NCBI GenBank assembly: GCA_004022145.1
Contig: RCNU01000005.1
Reading direction: 5' to 3' (one strand)
Origin: Paecilomyces variotii
Taxonomy: Eukaryota
DNA length: 64,000 nucleotides
Below the pieces are notes generated by a model. That model had not been told where the DNA came from. It made no database searches and worked only from the letters and a program-made list of their open reading frames with translations. Shown piece by piece: positions 12,950 to 26,303 of the stretch; the first letter of the stretch is position 1; the number at the start of each line of letters is the position of its first letter. Made by a program: the position numbers and the translations under genes.

Positions 12950-13902
12950 ATGGAGACTCTATTAGCGCATTCATTTGACTACCTCTCTTCCTATGAGCCT
13001 AGCAAGATCCGGAAAGGACTGCGGCAGGTGGAGGGGCTGTTAGCACCGATATGTTTGTCCAGATCCAAACAGGCACCGGTCGACAGGCGGAGATCGATTG
13101 TCGCCCCCGGCTCACCGCAACCTCCCGCAAAACCTCTCGGGGAGCTCAAAGACGATCCGGCCTTCAGGGAGTTCTTCAAACTGCAGGATGGATTCCAATG
13201 GAACGGTATGTGCCGTCATACGATGCCAGAACAAAATGGACTGTCGTCTTAACTGGATTCTGAACAGTCGCACTACGTCTCGTTACCTGCCTGGAGCATT
13301 TGCTTGGCCGAGGTAGCAATGGAACGAATGATTTGCTTATCATCTCGACTCTGGACCTGATTCAAGGTGTCCTGCTACTGCATCCGCCTTCCCGAACGCT
13401 ATTCGCTCGCGAGATATACATGAACCTACTCCTAGATCTTCTTGATCCCATCAATTGCCCCGCAATCCAATCGTCCACCCTTCTGACGCTGGTAACTGCT
13501 TTGTTGGACAGTCCAGCCAACACACGAACCTTTGAGGATCTGGATGGCCTCCTCACTGTCACATCGCTATTCAAGCTGCGGGCGACATCTCGTGAAGTGA
13601 AGCTCAAGCTTGTTGAGTTCCTTTATTTCTATCTCATGCCGGAGACACCAACTACCCCTGCGCCCGGATCTAGCGCACCAAACACCGCCGTCCTTGGCTT
13701 GCACCGCAGTCCTAGCAAGGTCGCCGGTCCTGTTTCGCGGAGCGTCAACGTTCCTGGTGCGGGAGGCAGAGACAGTAAAGGCGGCCGCGACACGCGCACC
13801 ACGGAAGAGAAACAGGCACTGCTCGGACGCTATCTCAACAACGTTGAGGATCTAGTGGAAGATCTCAAGGAAACGGCACCTTTTGGAAGCTCCGTCTGTT
13901 GA
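12950..13902 (+). CDS. Septation initiation network component Cdc14 (S. pombe Cdc14-type, not the phosphatase); 1 intron
   Basis: METLLAHSFDYLSS...KIRKGLRQVEGLLA, FFKLQDGFQWN|VALRL, NTRTFEDLDGL, KLKLVEFLYFYLMPE, KQALLGRYLNNVEDLVEDL. Confidence 0.85.
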
Positions 13903-14777
13903 TGACATTCTTCACATGCTGTCTACACCATTGCAGTTGTATGGTGGGACCCTGGGATTTGCCTTTGCTTTTATTTGCCGGTTGGCCTCCCCTTGAGTTC
14001 TTTTCTTACCCGTCTTATTATCATGCGATTGATGACTGAACTATTTTATGCATTGGTTTATGTTTTATGAGCGTGTTATGATCAAGGTTTCATGTGATGG
14101 TTCTCTTTTGTCGAGCCCGGTGTCTTGTCCTTTTTTTCATGTTTGGTGTTATGCGGCGGGATTCTGTACGATTAGCGATGGGAGTCCTATTCATGCGATA
14201 CGAGGAATTGAACAAGGTTAAGAATTAGATTCACACAAATCTCACATTAAATCCATGAATCACCCCCGAAATAAGTTGGAACGATCGCTTTCGGGATGGC
14301 TTACTTCGACTCAAGATGCTGACTGTTATACTAGTGTACCATAGATCAGGATCTGGAAACTCGGCTATCATGACTTATTCCTATTCGCCCCCCGCACGAA
14401 CAGAGCTTGCGGGCAATAACTTTATTTTTTCCTTGTCAATCGACTGTCTCAGAAATGGGAATAGTACTGTTTCTTTTCCAACTCTAATATGACTCAATTG
14501 GCAAATTGGTTATTATCCTTGAACCAATCTCCCTCGACCGCAGACCTGGTATCCCCCGAGATCAATATTTGAGATGTATTTCATACCATAAACTTGGTGA
14601 TCTCCCAAATATAATATAATTCCATTCTCCATCTTCTTATGGTATATCTTTATCCTAATTCGAAATACCAACCTGCATATATACTGTAAGGAGAGTATCA
14701 AGGATCAAATATGGAAAAACCAACACAGAAGAATCCAGCAGCGAGATCCTTATCAGACGAAAAATAAATCTCCGTCC

Positions 14778-14899
14778 CAACAGGTTCAGTACATGGAGAC
14801 GGTAGATGCGTATGATAAATGGGCTGAGGTAGGTTGATTTCTGTCGAATCCTATATCACGGAAGCAGGATCTGAATTGCTTGCTTGACTCTAGGTCTAG
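14778..14899 (+). pseudogene. 5' remnant of a SAM-dependent methyltransferase gene
   Basis: Reads QQVQYMETVDAYDKWAE, then an intron (GTAGGT at 14829 to TAG at 14893), then GTC TAG. This resembles fungal methyltransferase N-termini (AYDxWAEVYD...) but stops immediately. Confidence 0.5.
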
Positions 14900-14998
14900 G
14901 GGGGATTTTTCTCTAGCATACAAAGAATCTAGACCCTAGTAATCTAGTAGGTTCGATCCAATTCCATGCGGGAATAAGGTGTAACAGATGATTGCAGA

Positions 14999-15530
14999 TC
15001 ACCTGGCGTTTTCTTTGTACGCCGACACAATCACCTTCATATCGAAGGCTGTTACTGTCTTAAATTTGTCTCGCTTTGTAGTGGAGATAAACCTATTACG
15101 GCTGGCAGTAAAGTCTTGAGATGCTGTTCTAATATTTTGACCCTATCCGACTTGTGATCGCAGCTCTGTGTTATCAGATCGCAGCTCTGTATTGTCCAGT
15201 TCGATTTTTTCAACCTTTGCTTCAATAAGTAAGAGTCGGCTATCATGCTCTGCATATGCCAATCCGGCAGGATTTCCAACAAATATCTCTACTGCTTTGC
15301 GGACGTTCTTGCGCGTATTACGCGTCTTTTTCTGCATTTCAATCATTTTCAGCGAGTTATTTATTGTTGAAGCATGTATGTGTCACTTACAGAACAACTA
15401 CTGCTTGTCGCTGAGCTTTGAGAGAAACTTCAGCCGGCGATATATCACGAGGATGCCGTCGACTTTGAAGTCGACGTTCAGCTTCGGCCACGCGACCTAT
15501 CTCAGAAAGGGCGAGAATGTGAGGAGAGAC
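14999..15530 (-). pseudogene. Disrupted, truncated gene of an uncharacterised ascomycete coiled-coil family
   Basis: KVEKIELDNTELRSDNTELRSQVG*GQNIRTASQDFTASRNRFISTTKRDKFKTVTAFDMKVI reads in one frame with a premature TAG at 15145-15143. A GTAAGT...CAG intron lies near 15390-15332. Confidence 0.5.
15156..15197. repeat. Near-perfect 21-bp tandem duplication encoding the heptad DNTELRS twice
   Basis: gatcgcagctctgtgttatca / gatcgcagctctgtattgtcc. Confidence 0.9.
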
Positions 15531-16068
15531 TGAAGGTAGATTGAGATCTCGACATAGGAAAGTGCGACGTAGAATTATTTTGCTGTGAGGGAAGTAGTGA
15601 GGCGAAACTAATATTTGCAGTCTTGGAAACCATGGTTCTCGAGTCACATGGCATACAATTACCTAGTATCTTGTCCGCTAACCTTAACAGAACACTCTCA
15701 ATGAGTGAGTAGTTGCGAACCAAGATGATGAGAGTGACAGGAAGGATGGGATTTGGCGTTGTTTGGAATGAGGGAGTAAAGGAGAAGGCGGTTGATGAAG
15801 GTATGTTGGAGATGCTGGGGCCAAGGGCGAAGAGGTGGGTTGGGGTTAAGGTGTGGTTTGCGATTTGCCTTAGGAAAAAGGAGTGAGACAGATGAAAATC
15901 TGATGGCCCTCTCAAGCCAGTTAATAGGCCGTGTGATATATGATAATGCTGATGATGGTTATGCTCGTAATGTACATATCAGGACAAAAGAGCGTTTATG
16001 CGCTCTAACGGACGAAAGCGTGCCTCCCCGATGACATATTCCTAACTCCCTCTTTGTCGACTCATCTC

Positions 16069-17122
16069 TTAAAAGAATTTTTCAAACAAGTTGTCCCGGT
16101 GTTGTACGAGGTTCCTATACTTCCTCAATAGCTGCGCCAGTCTGTTGTGTTTCCAGCCCATGTTGCTGTCTAAGAGTAGATGTGTATATGCGAAGACGCT
16201 CGCATCGAATAGTCCGGGCGTCCTGCGGTTGAAGAAGTATTCATTATCTCCTAGAAGGGTTGACAGGGCCTCGAAGGCATTGTCGGCTTCGGCCTCAAGA
16301 TCACTGACGTCAATGTAATCCGAGGTCTTTAGTAGCTCGTCACGCGCAGCCTGCTGAAGCTGAGTAGCTAGCACAGACCGGACGAGGGTATTCGATGTGG
16401 AAGGTTCAATATAACGTTTCCGCGCCACAGCGTCGAAATTGTCCTTGTCTAGGTATAGAGCATACAACTGCGTGCACGTCAGTGAGTGATTATGCGTAGT
16501 TTGCCCTCCATGCGATTCAACGTACCCATGCGTTTCGTATTCGAGTATCCAGTAGAGAGGCATATACTTCAAAGCGCATACTGATCTGCTGCTCTTCTTC
16601 GCAGTGGACCTGCTCAATGGCCCATTTCTGCAACTTATTCGAAGGGATGGGAACGAGAGTGTTCAGAGGAAAAGCCGGAAGGAGGTAGGGTAAAGCACCG
16701 GTTGGCGATGCGTGATTACTCGAGGGGACCGTATGGAAGTCAATGCCCAGGAATTTCAAGTATGCCTAAAAGCACACAATCTCCAGTTAGCGATAGCCCG
16801 CAGCAAGCAACATCCGTGGTATCATATTTCTCACCTGCCACCGTAGGCATTGCGGGTTGAATGATGGCTTCCCCAGTCTTGCGCCTTCATCATCTGTGAA
16901 TATGAATAGTCGATTTCCATCGACTTCGTTTGCTGCACGATAAGGTAATTCGTTGGGAGGGTATGTTATCAGAGGGACTTTGTCGAATATGCGTTTTATC
17001 GGCGCAGGAACGGAAAAGATGCCTCGAGGCGCGGGTGTATTGGGAGCGCGGTTTTGCGCATCAGCGGCAGAGTCGTCGTCCGGCATGACTGCGCCGTGTC
17101 CATCGCGGCCTTTGGGCGGCAT
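16069..17122 (-). CDS. Mitochondrial outer membrane SAM complex subunit Sam35 / metaxin-like, 3 exons
   Basis: FDKVPLITYP, PSFNPQCLRWQ|AYLKF, SNHASPTGALPYLL, and GST-like C-terminus AFEALSTLLGDNEYFF...PGLFDASVFAYTHLLL. Confidence 0.85.
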
Positions 17123-17841
17123 GGATGGTGAGGATCAACTGTTGCTTGCCAGAGGACAACTGTAGCATGTATACAACGCAGCGCGCAGGCCAGAGAAGGT
17201 CGGGTGAATGCAAGCTGTACCGGACGCTATACCGCTCCCGGCGCTGACAGATCAGGGCGGTGGGCGAATCCCGGCGTGAGCGTTAGTGTCGTTCCCCTCC
17301 CGTTTCGTCCGCCGCACTTTCGCATCTTCAAGGACCTGGTAGCGATCTCACTGGCTTCTCGTTTCTCATCCAGGACGTTGATTGAGCTGAGGCTGGCTCT
17401 TGCTCTGTGCTGAAGTACAGTCCATTGCGACTCACAGAGTCACAAGGGTCTCTTTTGGCCCGTGTGCCTCCGTTTTGTCTCAGCTGGTGGTGGAGTCTGA
17501 TTCTTATCGATTAACTAACTATCAGACTCCGCTCTTCGTCATCCATCCAGGGCAGTGTGTCTGTGCTTGAAGGCAGTTCTATTTCGTTGTTGCCATACCT
17601 GGAGAAAGAATTGTTAGCTTGGGGTTTGCTTTCATCTGAAACCACAGGGACGATTCTATCTCGCGCTTCTTTCCGGGCGAGCGGGGTAATCGATCAATCA
17701 GTTTCGAGTTGCGCATCACCATTGAGGACCTTAGAGTCGAATTTCCTCCTCTGAAACGCATCATTGTTGGTCCACAGTTAGTCACTCTTTGGAAGAGTTC
17801 TGTTAAGGTTGCCGGACAATACTCTCGGCGCGCGGGCTCTT

Positions 17842-17868
17842 ATGACGGGATACTGTCCTCGCAAATAA
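17842..17868 (+). promoter_or_regulatory. Candidate uORF (MTGYCPRK*) ending 8 nt before the Mac1 start codon
   Basis: The only plus-strand ATG between about 17211 and the main ATG at 17877. Confidence 0.5.
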
Positions 17869-17876
17869 CATTGACA

Positions 17877-19592
17877 ATGCCTCTGGATGAGGAAGGAGCG
17901 AAGTGGTCTTGGTAAGAGATGGGTTATGTGCAGTTTATCACTGTCCAGTGTACTGATTGGATTCCAGCGAACCATGCATTCGTGGCCACCGCTCATCAAA
18001 ATGTCAGCACTTTGATAGATTGATGATGAAAGTTCCCAAGGCCGGCCGGCCTCTGGCGAAATGCCCTCACCCGAAGGGTACATGTAGCTGTCAGAAGACA
18101 TATGCCTTCATGGTCCGCATACCGAAGGGTGGGTTCCGAGAGGTGCTTTTTGTAATGGATCCAGACTGATGAGAGTATTCCAGGCTCAAGTTGTCTTTGC
18201 CGACCGTTATACAAAATTCCCATGGTGCCCGAGGATGGCCAACCATCCTCGACGTCTAGCCCTCCAGCACCTTCTCCTGCCCCTGGAAAGGTCCAGAAAT
18301 CCAACAGACGACAGAGTAACCTTCAAGCCGCCCCAGAAAATATCGCCAGAGCGTTGGACTTTACGCCGGACTTCGCGAACCAGCAGATTCACAATGGAAT
18401 ATCCGCACCTGGCACTCCGTATTCTTTCAACTATCCGGAATTTGCTAGCTCATCTGGAACTCCCACTACAAACAACAAACATCCCATGATTCTGCCAAAG
18501 CAGAGCTCGGAAACGAATGTGCAGACCATAGCACCGCAGCCTAGTTGCTGCTCAAAGGAGCAACAACCGTTACCCCTGGTGGAGAAGAAAGGATCTTGCT
18601 GCGGCGGTACAGTGCCTGAAGCTACAGAGGAACCAAAACCGAAGTCTTGTTGCTCTTCAAAGCCAAAAGCCGCCCCTCCTGGTACGGATTCCGGAAACCC
18701 ATTCCCACCGTGGCATCAATTCCCCTCTGGAAACCACCTTCTACACCAGAATCTGCAATTCTCGCCGCCTTACATTCAAAGTCCTGTCTATATGAACGGA
18801 TATCATGTCCCGAATTCTGCGGCAGCAAACCCTGTGAGCTTTGTGCCCTCGACTATGCAATGGAGCAATGGGTTCGGTCCGTCTATGCAGCAATCGTTTG
18901 CAGGATCTGTACCGTATGGCAATATGGCCCCTCCCGCAGTGGTCGATGCGTCAAAACATGAGTGCAGCTGTGGAGATGACTGTCAGTGCTTGGGATGTGC
19001 TTCGCATCCCTTCAACAACACCACCAGGCAGCATATCCAGGAAATGGGCTACATGATGACCATTGGAGAGGAAGGCCAAAGTCCAGATGGATTGGACGGC
19101 AGTAGACAGTCTCCAGTGTCCGGAACAATGAGCCCTACTCTCTTTGGATACCCGGAAACCCCAGAGGGCACTACTTCCCTTGGTGGCGGCTGTTGTGGGA
19201 AAGCCGCGCAAAATGTGCCAGAACAAGGGCATCCTTCCCATTTCGATTATGGTCTGTCCGCACAGAATTCTTCGCATTACGATGCAGGGCAACATCTGAT
19301 GCAGCCTTCCGAATACTACGAAGTCGAATATCCAGTTCCACTGCCGGGATCTTGTTCTGACATGACTGGGACTTGCCAATGTGGAAATGATTGCAGCTGC
19401 GTTGGCTGCTTGACACATAGTGGACACAACGGCATGCCACTTGAGGCACCGCATGACAATACTCATGCTGGCATGGAGGACTGTAGCGCTTCGCAGCGCT
19501 CACCAACGCATCCAGAGCCTCGGTTTGCGGCATTGGACGAATTCTCCTTATCTTCCCTGAGCCCACCGGCGATAGAGCCACAGCTCGTTTAG
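17877..19592 (+). CDS. mac1: Copper-fist transcription factor, Mac1/GRISEA type (copper-starvation activator), 3 exons
   Basis: MPLDEEGAKWSC|EPCIRGHRSSKCQH...KAGRP copper fist. Two C-terminal CxCxxxCxCxxCxxH motifs (CSCGDDCQCLGCASH, CQCGNDCSCVGCLTH) are typical of Mac1. Confidence 0.88.
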
Positions 19593-20310
19593 GGCGACAT
19601 GACCACAAAAGCGAATGCATGTTATGGAACGACATTTGACTTTTCTTGGCGGGGAGAGAGGAGTTCTATCGGAATCATGATTAAGATACCCCTTGTTGAG
19701 TCTTTTAGCATTGATATAAAGTTTTGTCTAAGGAAAGAGGGAAAAAAGGATGGGGCGTGCATGGAATCCCCTCTCCCAGGTCAATGTCTTTCCGCAAGGA
19801 GTGCATGGATGGCTTCGGTTCACGTTTGCGTTCAATCGGTACATAGATTATGTGTTATAGATCATGACGGACTTGATTATATGAACGGTGTATTTAGCAT
19901 CTATATCTGTCGACTCTCAAATCATTAACATATCACTTGATACAGAAACAGCAGTATACGCATTTATTTGTTGCCGTTGCGAGTGAAGATCTCGAGAAAG
20001 GCATCAGGTAAACTACATGATGTCATTCTTTTACATGGACCATGATGGCCGGCAAATATACATACAAGCATCCTCTTTCAGCGAGGTCTCTACCCGTTCC
20101 CCTGAGATGCATCTGTACAGTATCGTACATTGGAAATATATTGTCCTGTCTAGTATGTTTATGGAACTCGGAGTTAATCTTCCTGTCATAGGCTTCATTT
20201 TCAACGGAAATGCTGTGGCACAGGAGCATGAACGAGTTCCCACAGGATGTCTCCAAACCTGCTGTATTTTCCGTCAAGCCCTCAACGTCCTACTGCAAGG
20301 CGGACTAAGC

Positions 20311-20881
20311 TCACGATTTCTGCTGGCGCAGGGCGGCGGTCACGGGGGTGTCGCCTCGTCGGAAGGAAGCTGAATAGAATAATCAGCATTATAGTCCGGG
20401 GCCTTCTTCGACTGGAGGAGTAACTTGGCCGGCTCATGCCGCACCGATGATGGATTCCACATACCGTCAGCCTCTTCCCATGCCCGTCCGGCACCGAATC
20501 CCAGACCAACCCAGGCGGGCCAGGCTCTCCGCTTGAACAAGAGAACAGAGAAAATAACACCGAAGGACAGGCCGAGAGAAGATTTAATGATCATGGAGGA
20601 GATAGCACGGTCCCACTGTTACAAGAAACGAGTCAACATCTGTCTTAGCCGATAACCCATTCGCGCATTGCTTTTCTTGAGGTAATGCCTCTGCCCAGGG
20701 TGGAATAAACGCTTTATGCCATTGCGCACACCGTATGCACGCAGGAATTGTTGCTGAAATAGCAAACTGTAATAGAGAGGTCGCGTGCGGTGTTTACCTT
20801 TTCGTTCAGCAGAGTCTCACTGACCGGTCTGGCGGACCTCGCGACCGGCACGACCGCCCGGGAATCGTTCGAATCGGCCAT
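20311..20881 (-). CDS. mic10: MICOS complex subunit Mic10, 3 exons
   Basis: MADSNDS...LLNEK|WDRAISSMIIKSSLGLSFGVIFSVLLFKRRAWPAWVGLGFGAGRAWEEAD|ASFRRG...QKS*. Gly motifs and the FKRR loop are present. Confidence 0.92.
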
Positions 20882-21212
20882 TGTGACGGACCTGGGAGTC
20901 GCGACGGTCAGTATCCTAGGAAATCGAGTCGACAGGATTGTATACTCACTTTCTTCGAGAGAAAAATTAAGAGACAACGATGTAGAGGGGGGAGTATAGT
21001 AAGAGCCGGACTGGGCGGTTACGAGGTTCATCGAGCTCCTTTGGGAGGACTGGCTGTCGCGGCGGTCCGGAAAAACTAAATCGGGCGGGCCGCGATGGTC
21101 GACTTACCGCCGAGCTATTGCGGCATAATTTTTTGGAAGAGTAAATGAGATGCCGCAAACGATAATAATACCCCGCGGACTGAGCGAGTGATACTGTGAC
21201 GTCTCTGCAGAG

Positions 21213-24200
21213 ATGGCTCCTATTGCGGAGGTGAGTGTTATTCTGTCAGATTGTCATTCTGGCCTTTCCCATTAAAATCTAACGTTTATCTGAACTGACA
21301 AAGGATTCTTCTATGCAGCGTTCGCGCTCGTCCCAAGAGGCTCTGCTTCAACTGGAGAAGGGCACCGGTAGCCCCGTCACGCAACTCGACGAAGCCGCAC
21401 GCATTATTGGTATAGATCTGTCTCTGTGTGCCAGCCATCCGAGAGTGGATCGCGAAATCTCTCTTCGCGAAACCCCTGCCCCGAAGGAAGAATGGGTTCT
21501 CCGCTGGCTGTTGAAAAAGCTCAAGGCCGGAAACGCCTACCGGGTCGAGCCTGGCTCGTTTCTTCTTTTCCGCCAGCTTATCGACCGTATTCCGCTGAAG
21601 ACTCTGGCGGCGACATTGAGCGATTACAAGTTTTTACCAGTGTTGGGGGATGTGTTTAGTGATCTGGAAAACGGCATTCTCTCGACGGCTACGGAACTCT
21701 CGTCCGACCCTCTTCTCTCCGGTTCTGAGTCGAGTCACACTTTGAGCGCATCGTCTAGCAGGGAAGATGGCGACAAGAAAGGGAAAAAGAGAAAGAGAGC
21801 CAGCGATTACGGGGACGCTATGGATCTGGACAACCCTCAGCCTAGCCACAGGTCCTACCTCTTGGCCTTTACCCGGACTCTCGATACGCTGTACTCTCTG
21901 GTGAATCTGGCGAACAAAACAGAAACTACGGACGATATAGCGACTGCTCATCTGAAGCATGCGCTCAGGGACCAGCCGGAGGCGGTGGCCAAAATCTTGG
22001 GTAAATCGTTTAAGATAGGTTCAGTGGCCACCGAAGAATACTCAAGAGCGAAATTAGATACCGAGCTGCGGCATCTATTTTATGTTCTACCTGCTGCTTT
22101 GGATTTGTGGGATCTGAGATCCTCTCGCTTGGACGATGGGGAAAGCAACTCTAGCAATGATAGTTTTGCGAACTACTGCTTCCCTCAGGCTCTACGGCTT
22201 CAACTGGCAGCTCGCAGTGCCTCAATCGATTGCGACGAGAGAGCTCAGATGATACATGGAATCGAGCGGTTAGTCGCGCTGCACGTCGTCTTACCAGCCC
22301 GTGCCGCCTTTTTCTCCAAAGGTGGCTCCGGCATTGATTACTCCTCAGGTGAACCTGATTGGAGCCCTGTGCAGCCCGTCTCAGATGCATTCCGGCCATA
22401 CTTGCGGGAGAAAGGAGTGCAAAAAGCGAGTTCACCCAAAGGAACTGTCGAAAGAAAAACAGTCGACGAGGGTGAGGTCGCCAAGACCAGTTCGTGGACA
22501 ACTGCGCAATTGCTTCCCACTTTCCTGGACATCGCCATCCGCTCGGTGCCTCGAGATACCTTCCGGAGACAGACGCATGAAGTCCCTTGGCTGGAGACGT
22601 TGTTCGTTGCCATCGCGGAACTTACATTCTCAATTGTGAAGGAGGACAATGGATCCGATGTTATTGCTACCTTTGTTCCTATCTTGGAGCAGCTCTTCCG
22701 TGTCATTCTCGATCGGAAAGTTCAGCTTTCCCTGCATACTCTGCTCACCCATGCTGCTTATACTGGTCTTTTGAAGGATGACCTCAAATTGGTCGAGTGG
22801 AATTTGACAGCACTACTGATGAAGCTTGGCGTCGACATTTTCCTTCCAAACTCCGGTCTAGAGGATTCGTCACGCCTTTTGGGAGCTCTGCTGGAGAAAA
22901 TTACATCGTATTGGACAGGCCGCATCCCTCTCGATGAGGAGACATACTATGTTATAAAAACGGGTGTTGTCATCCCGCTTCTCCGTGGCTTTGCAGCCGC
23001 TCGAGCTCTGCCAACTTTCGTCCAACTGTGGCGTGAGCAACTGATGGCCGTGGAGTCTGCTCGCTCGAAAGCGGGTGGTTTTACAGCCATCTCCGTCTGG
23101 GAGGATGACGATGTAGCCAATGCTTATAGTGATGTTCTGAAGACATCGCTCACTCCATCCCAGGTTATCTCCCAAGTCCAGACCGCAGGGACTGAAATGA
23201 AAGCTGAGAATGGGAGGGTTGCTGATACCCCCGTTTCTTACGCTTGTCTTGTGATTGTGGAGGCTGGTTTGAAGAATATTCTGCAAACAGAAAGCTCTGC
23301 TGAGAAGAACGAGACACTTGGCTCTTTGATAGAGACCGTGGCTCGTACTATCTCGTCTAAGCAAGATCAACATTGGCGGTGGCGCCTATGGAGATTTGCT
23401 ACAAGCGTGTTTGGTGACCCGTCAAAATCAGCTGAAATTGGTGTCACCGATTCCGGAAATGATTTGGTCGAGAGGGCTGCAAAGATTATACTCCGTTTTC
23501 ATAAGAAGTCGAAGAAGGCTAGCACTGATTATATGGAGATATTGGAGGCGTATCGTTTCGCCCTTGCCCTTTCTGAGCAAGACGTGGAATCTAGATATAC
23601 GACACAACTTGAGGAAGTCTCCGAAAGTATTTCTTCGTTCCTGAAAACGATCTCAACTGGTCAACATGATGCCTTGGTTGAGGGAGCCTGGAATGGACGT
23701 GTCGAAACAGTCAATTCTCCCACTGCTCTTGCAACAGGCTATCTCGTGACTCTTTTGAGGACCCCGGAAATCTGGCACAAATTGAAGAACGACACCCGAC
23801 GTGCTCTGTTCAACGAGATGCTTTCGTTGGCTGCTGCGCAACGGGGGCTGGTGTCTGAAGCGTCGCTAGACTCTCCACCTTCTCAGACTCGTTTCTTCCA
23901 GGTCTGGGCAGGACTCGCTTCACACGCATACCTTCTCAATGCCCCGTACATTGTCAGCGATCTTGTTGTCGTACTCGCGGATCGCCTGAAAAATGACGCA
24001 TCTAACCGTGAGCTCATAGTCAACAGCCTTCAAAGGATTCCACCATTGCTCATTTCGCGTCACCAAAGGGGTGTTCTGCTAGACTTGCTCCAGGATATTA
24101 TCCTTCAGGCTAGCTGCCCCCTCGAAATCTGCGCTGAGATGCTCTCTTTGATGGCAAAGCTTGCCGAATTACCCAAGTCTCCTGCTTCCCTGACGAATGA

Positions 24201-25794
24201 CTGGGACGCAGTCTGGAAGATTGCAAAGGCTGTATCCCTCCAAGGAACAGATACCGACTTGCGGGTTTTGAGATCATGTCGCAGTCTCTACCGTGCTGTG
24301 GTCTCCAAATTCCTTCTTTCTGCAGAGGAAGATCGACAGAAAATGTTCAAAAAGACATATCGCAAAGTCTCTTCGGCGGTTTCCAAGCTGGAGTCCATTG
24401 ACTACAACTCTCTGAGCGAGTTCCTCGTTAGAATATCTACCTGTCAAATCCTAGAGAACCGTGCGCGGATACCAGATGTGTTTGATGAGGAGGAACTCAC
24501 TACGTACCGTCAGAAGCTATTCAAGCTACTAGTGTCGGACCTATCCTCGTTTAGGGATCGTCTCAGACAGGGCGCTGATGAAGACAGGATATCCCTGATG
24601 AAAATACTAGATGCGCTGGAAGACTTTGAAGATCTTGCAAGAAAAAGCAAGAAGGTCGACAAATATCTAGCCAGTATCGAGGAGTCCGTGACCGAGAACG
24701 AGGTAGATTCCATCTCCTCACTGAAGACTCTTGTCCGACGACGCATCCTCGCTAGCCGTGACTACGAGAGGGATGTCTCTCCTTTGGTCCAGTCTGCACC
24801 GGTCTTCCCTATCCAGCAGCTTTATGGCGAAGAACAGAAACTCTTTGTCCACGACACGGTCAGTCGATTCCGTTCAATGTCTACAGAGGACCTTGTCACT
24901 GCCATCCAGAGTATACGGGAAGGAGGATTTGTCGACAGCGACGCTCCTTATCGGCTGCTTCTGGCGGCTGTGGCCGTATCCGCGTTGCCGCCGGTCGAGG
25001 AGAAAACGAATGGACCATCGCAGGAACTATCCTCTCTGTGTACGGCAGTGACCGAGTCTCTCCCTGAAAGCACCTCGATCGAACAATTCTCTCTGGCGTG
25101 CGAATGTCTAGATGTACTTCTCCGCACGCACCCTCGTGTTGTCACCCAGTGGAATGTCGACAACATCCTTGCATCCATTTCCGCATGTGCTTCCAGCTCT
25201 GGACCAGAAATCAGCCCCGAACATGCAGGAACCATGTACACACGCCTCTGTCGCCTCTTGGGCGTCCTGTTAGGTCTCTATCGACAGAAGCTCGGTGGTC
25301 GATTCCACCTCATTGTGCCTGTTATGCAGCGTCTGTTGAACTGCCTCTTCCCGCCGGACAAGAGACGAATGCGATCTACCCGACAAAAGGTGGCGCGTAG
25401 CTATCCATACTGGCTGGCACCCCTCGACGCTTCGCATGCCGTTCACTACACGCGCCTGCTCACCTCTCTGTGCGATCCGACCGTCTCTGCCGTATCCCGG
25501 CCGACTCAATCAGGCCCGGGCCACGAGGCCCTGACTGATCAGACCAAGAAGGCCAAGCGCGTTGCCGGACAGTATCTGCAGTACGTGGTCATGGAGTATG
25601 CCGAGTGCTCTCTCCGCGGTGCACTCAAGCCTGAGGTCAAAGCTGCCGTGATCCCGGGTCTGTATGCGGCCCTGGACGTCATGTCTCGGGACACGATGCG
25701 CGCCTTGAACGCCGGTCTGGACGTGTCCGGACGAGCTGTGTTCAAGGGCTTGTACGACGACTATGTGAAGTTCGGCAAGTGGAACAAGGGTTAA
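21213..25794 (+). CDS. urb2: Nucleolar pre-ribosome factor Urb2/Npa2 family; short first exon 21213-21230, intron 21231-21318
   Basis: About 1500 aa and helical. C-terminus LGGRFHL...YTRLLTSLCDPT...GRAVFKGLYDDYVKFGKW matches the Urb2 domain. N-terminus has APKEEWVLRWLLKKL. Confidence 0.85.
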
Positions 25795-26303
25795 TGTTGG
25801 ATTGTTATTATGTTGCAGCGATTATGCGCTGGAGGAAAAGTGTAATTGCTGGAAATGTGTATAAAGAACTAGATAAAGCACTTATAATATACCCATAGAA
25901 TTCGACATCACCTTGCTAGTTCGGGTATATCTTAAGCGCATATGCCTCCACGGTGGCCATGGAATGGGAGCATCAATCATACTTGGCAACGTTGCGCTGT
26001 GTAATCCAATTTTTACAACCTAATGTAGCACGTTACTGCTAATGCGATCTCAGAGGTCACAAACATCGTGTTTGTTTCACACCCTTTTCATCACATTGAT
26101 CTCGATTTATTTCGATCCAGTTTCTTTCAGGACAAGGCAACATGCCTCGTGGCACTTGCTGCTGCGGAGCATACGGGAGCCGCACTGCTGCTCCGCGCAT
26201 CGAAGCTGAAGAGTTCCGTCAAGCTTCGACATCCGCGCTCAGACCGGAGCCTATGGCCAATGTAAAGATCATCTGTGAGCTGTGCGCTAATCTGCTGGGC
26301 CAC

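Noticed and set aside
20616-20797. Long first intron of mic10 as a snoRNA host or twin intron
   Set aside because: No C/D boxes, no convincing two-hairpin H/ACA layout and no nested splice sites of workable size.
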